Positions 26,439-29,053 of a DNA stretch of 29,053 nucleotides are shown one piece after another. Made by a program: the position numbers and the translations under genes. The notes under the pieces are model-generated. The model saw nothing but the letters and a program-made list of their open reading frames with translations. It made no database searches and had not been told where the DNA came from. Positions within the stretch are counted from its first letter, which is position 1; each line of letters starts with the position of its first letter. The DNA comes from Pseudomonadota bacterium (GTDB lineage: Bacteria > Bdellovibrionota > Bdellovibrionia > Bdellovibrionales > Bdellovibrionaceae): assembly GCA_041178425.1 (NCBI GenBank), contig JBEGVH010000007.1, positions 1 through 29,053 of the forward strand, written 5' to 3'.

Positions 26439-27542
26439 GTGAAAAAGTGTCCTCATGCCGAAGAGTGTTCTGGATGTTCGCTTTGGGGAACAGAATATTC
26501 TCAGCAAATAGAGATTAAAACGGCAAGGCTCGCGAACCACGCTACAGAATTGGGATATGAGGGGCCCATTCACTGTCATGAATTGGGAGGCATTGGGATT
26601 CGCGACCGAGCTGATATGCAGTGGCGCCTCAATGAGGGATGGGGCTTTTTAAACAAAGACTTTAAAAAGCTCAAAGTCGTGGATCATTGCCCTCTCTTTT
26701 CGGAAGAACTACAGACTCTCTATCAATGGTGGTCGCGGTTTAAGCTCAATGCCGCAAAAGCCTCAGTTCGATTAAGAGTTAGTTCCGAAGGGCAATGGGG
26801 TGTTTGGCTCGACATGGCCAATATCGAAGTCAAAAGTCTTCTTCTAGAGGATGAACTACTCAGTCAATGGACCCATCGAGCTCACGTAGAAGTGGGGCAG
26901 CGTTTTAAAGTGCTCAAGAAAATCAACGATCACTGGAAACTCGTGGACCCAGAATTACGATCATGGTTTTCGACCTGTGATCTTCAAGGGCAATCGTTTT
27001 CGCTTTTTGGATCGATTGGTTCGTTTTCGCAGGCGGGCCACCGAATCAACCATCTTTTAGTGAAGTCTGTTTTGCAACAGATCAAGCAGAGGTCGCTCTC
27101 GAGTGTGGTCGAATTGGGAGCGGGCGCCGGAAATTTTACCCTCGCAATGGCAGCCGAAGGATTTAAAGTAAAGGCTCTTGAGCAAAGTAATAGGGCTTTG
27201 GAGGGATTGCAGCAATCAATAGAACTTTACCCCCACCTTGCTCATCAAATTGATTTTACAGTGGGTAATTTTCAAAAATTGAACTGGGGAGATTGGGCTA
27301 AAACGAAAAGCCTCTTGTTTCTCGATCCGCCGCGATCGGGAGTTGGAGAGAATCTCCTTCGGCAGATACCTCAAGGCGATTTTCCGTCTATCATGTATGT
27401 AGCCTGCGGACTCGAAGCCTGGTGTGTTGACGGTAAAAGTCTGCGGGAACTGGGTTATTCTCTAAAGGCACTCGATTGGGTTGATCAGTTTCCTAATACC
27501 CCTCTTTATGAGATCGTAAGTTTTTGGGAGAAGATACAATAA
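26439..27542 (+). CDS. RNA m5U methyltransferase (RlmC/RlmD/TrmA family), no TRAM domain
   Basis: CPHAEECSGC Fe-S motif, FSQ, ELGAGAG SAM motif, LDPPRSG, YVAC catalytic Cys, DQFPNT...E. Confidence 0.88.
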   Translation: MKKCPHAEECSGCSLWGTEYSQQIEIKTARLANHATELGYEGPIHCHELGGIGIRDRADMQWRLNEGWGFLNKDFKKLKVVDHCPLFSEELQTLYQWWSRFKLNAAKASVRLRVSSEGQWGVWLDMANIEVKSLLLEDELLSQWTHRAHVEVGQRFKVLKKINDHWKLVDPELRSWFSTCDLQGQSFSLFGSIGSFSQAGHRINHLLVKSVLQQIKQRSLSSVVELGAGAGNFTLAMAAEGFKVKALEQSNRALEGLQQSIELYPHLAHQIDFTVGNFQKLNWGDWAKTKSLLFLDPPRSGVGENLLRQIPQGDFPSIMYVACGLEAWCVDGKSLRELGYSLKALDWVDQFPNTPLYEIVSFWEKIQ

Positions 27543-27565
27543 CAAAATTTTTATAGATTTTACAG

Positions 27566-27591
27566 CACACTCCCCAAGCGAGGGGAGCGTG
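27566..27591. terminator. Hairpin between convergent genes
   Basis: Minus strand CACGCTCCCC-TCGCTT-GGGGAGTGTG, 10-bp stem with one G-U; no clear U tract. Confidence 0.5.
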
Positions 27592-27604
27592 AAAGGTCTG
27601 CGAT

Positions 27605-28273
27605 TCAAATGGCAGCAACATGTTGTTTTGCTGCGGCCAAATAAAAAGTATTTGGTGGTCGAGTGGCAATTTCAAAGCCAATCGTATCTAGCTTTTTTCT
27701 CATATTGCAGAGGTGCACTTCAACAGTGTTAGATGTAACATTCGTGTTTTTCCAAATCGAATGAAGAAGGTCTGCTTTTGGAACGCCCGTATCTCCTCGG
27801 GTAATCAGAAAATTCAAAATCTGAAACTCTCTGGGAGTGAGTTGAACCTCAGCGCCTTTGTAAGTGACTCGATTTGACATCCAATCAATCTCAAGCCCAA
27901 GGGCACCTTTGTTCATAGCAATATCTTGCAGTCTCTTTGTTTTTACCAACAGCTCGGGCACCTTGATTGGTTTGGTTAGATAATCAGAAACACCGAGGGC
28001 AAAGCACTCCTCGAGGGTATCGACAGTATCGGTGGCTGATAAAACAAGTATCTTGGCTAGTTTTGGGAGTTCTGGATGAGATCGTAAATAGCTTACGAAG
28101 CTCTCGCCGTTTAGATTAAGGTCGGCCAATAAGATATAGGGTTCTGATTGCGCCGATAAAACAGGGTCAATTTCAGCGAGGCTGGAATAGATGCCTAAGT
28201 CAAAACGAGAAGAGAGAGTTTCTTGGTAAATAAACTGCCAACTTTCATCATCCTCTAAAACAAAAACTTTCAT
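27605..28273 (-). CDS. OmpR/PhoB-family response regulator
   Basis: LEDD, ADL phosphoacceptor, LSA, DYLTKP; wHTH LTPREFQIL...NTVEVHLCNMRKKL. Confidence 0.93.
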   Translation of the reverse strand: MKVFVLEDDESWQFIYQETLSSRFDLGIYSSLAEIDPVLSAQSEPYILLADLNLNGESFVSYLRSHPELPKLAKILVLSATDTVDTLEECFALGVSDYLTKPIKVPELLVKTKRLQDIAMNKGALGLEIDWMSNRVTYKGAEVQLTPREFQILNFLITRGDTGVPKADLLHSIWKNTNVTSNTVEVHLCNMRKKLDTIGFEIATRPPNTFYLAAAKQHVAAI

Positions 28274-29052
28274 TGATTCGCTCCTTTATCTTCTTCCGTT
28301 CGAAGAAGGGGTAAATAAATTCTAATTGCGGCTTTTGTCGTACTGGTTGCAAATTCGGATAACAGTTCAATGGAGCCACCATAGTTGCTTAATTGTGTTT
28401 GAATGGCTCTGAAATTAATGGCTTCAAGAACATCATTTAAAGTCAAGTCTGTTGTGGTTGAGTTGGTAGCATCGGGAGTTCCCCTATTGGTAATTAAGAG
28501 GGTTAATTGATCACCAATAATACTATCTTTTTTTACCGACAACTGAAGGACAGGCGATGCTGTTTCTGTAGACTGACCGAGAATCAGCCGGTACAGGGTC
28601 TCGAGAAAATAAACCAATTCAAAGTGCGGAACTCTCACTGAAACTCCCTCGAGAGCAGAGTCAAAATCGATTGTAAGAAACTGTTGATCCATCTTGAATT
28701 GATTTAGAATCAAACGAGTTGCAGCTCGATGGCATAGGTCTAGCCTTCCGGTGGTTGTTGCATGTTCGGCGCGAACGACAGCACGAAAGGAATCGATAAT
28801 GCCAAAAGCCCTATCTAAATTATTTTTCATCTTTTCGAGGTACTGTGGTCGCTGCAGGAGAAGGCCCGGATTGGTCTCTAATTGTTCGAGGCAAAATTTA
28901 ACGACAGACAGCGGGTTGGTGAGATCGTGTAGAACTAAATCTGAGACTTCGCTGAGGGAGTGCTGACGAGCACGTTCTCGTTCTTGATGAAAATGATTTA
29001 ATAAGCTGGCTTCGCTTAAATGATTAAGATTTTCTAATAAGGACGTTTTATT
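28270..29052 (-). CDS. Histidine-kinase-like protein, C-terminal part (5' end outside window): HisKA H-box plus degenerate HATPase domain
   Basis: Frame stays open upstream of ATG 28830 to the window edge and encodes VSDLVLHDLTNPLSVVKF (His codon 28927-28929); ATGA overlap with the response regulator. Confidence 0.8.
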   Translation of the reverse strand, partial: NKTSLLENLNHLSEASLLNHFHQERERARQHSLSEVSDLVLHDLTNPLSVVKFCLEQLETNPGLLLQRPQYLEKMKNNLDRAFGIIDSFRAVVRAEHATTTGRLDLCHRAATRLILNQFKMDQQFLTIDFDSALEGVSVRVPHFELVYFLETLYRLILGQSTETASPVLQLSVKKDSIIGDQLTLLITNRGTPDATNSTTTDLTLNDVLEAINFRAIQTQLSNYGGSIELLSEFATSTTKAAIRIYLPLLRTEEDKGANQ

Positions 29053-29053
29053 C

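Noticed and set aside
28270..28830. 186-aa stand-alone hypothetical protein as listed in the ORF track
   Set aside because: The frame is open to the window edge and includes an H-box, so ATG 28830 is internal.

Overview
A gene-dense bacterial chromosomal window. Gene content and order (spoVG next to tRNA-Gln, an LspA-HAMP fusion, a TIGR04552-like gene, icmF, many secreted orphans) suggest a Bdellovibrionota-like organism; this taxonomy is inference. Left part (1-9270), downstream of a minus-strand tRNA-Gln(TTG), looks accessory: the 3' end of a CzcA/CusA-type RND efflux operon with a His-containing periplasmic protein and TolC, a SIMPL-like protein, a GNAT, an FAD oxidoreductase, small secreted orphans and a stand-alone Cache protein. 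It ends in a 1.27-kb single-gene Fic-wHTH cassette bounded by perfect 57-bp direct repeats made of the tRNA 3' tip plus its terminator, with a duplicated palindromic operator/promoter. Right part is mostly core: spoVG, MFS, the LspA-HAMP-disordered-tail fusion behind a sigma28-like promoter, ppk1, a lipoprotein behind a sigma54-like promoter, a RelA/SpoT-synthetase-like TIGR04552 protein coupled to a PlsC acyltransferase, a NodIJ-like ABC exporter, hbd-crt-icmF, an RNA m5U methyltransferase, an OmpR-family regulator, and a partial histidine-kinase-like gene with an intact H-box but a degenerate ATP-binding domain. All calls come from reading motifs by eye; no searches were run.
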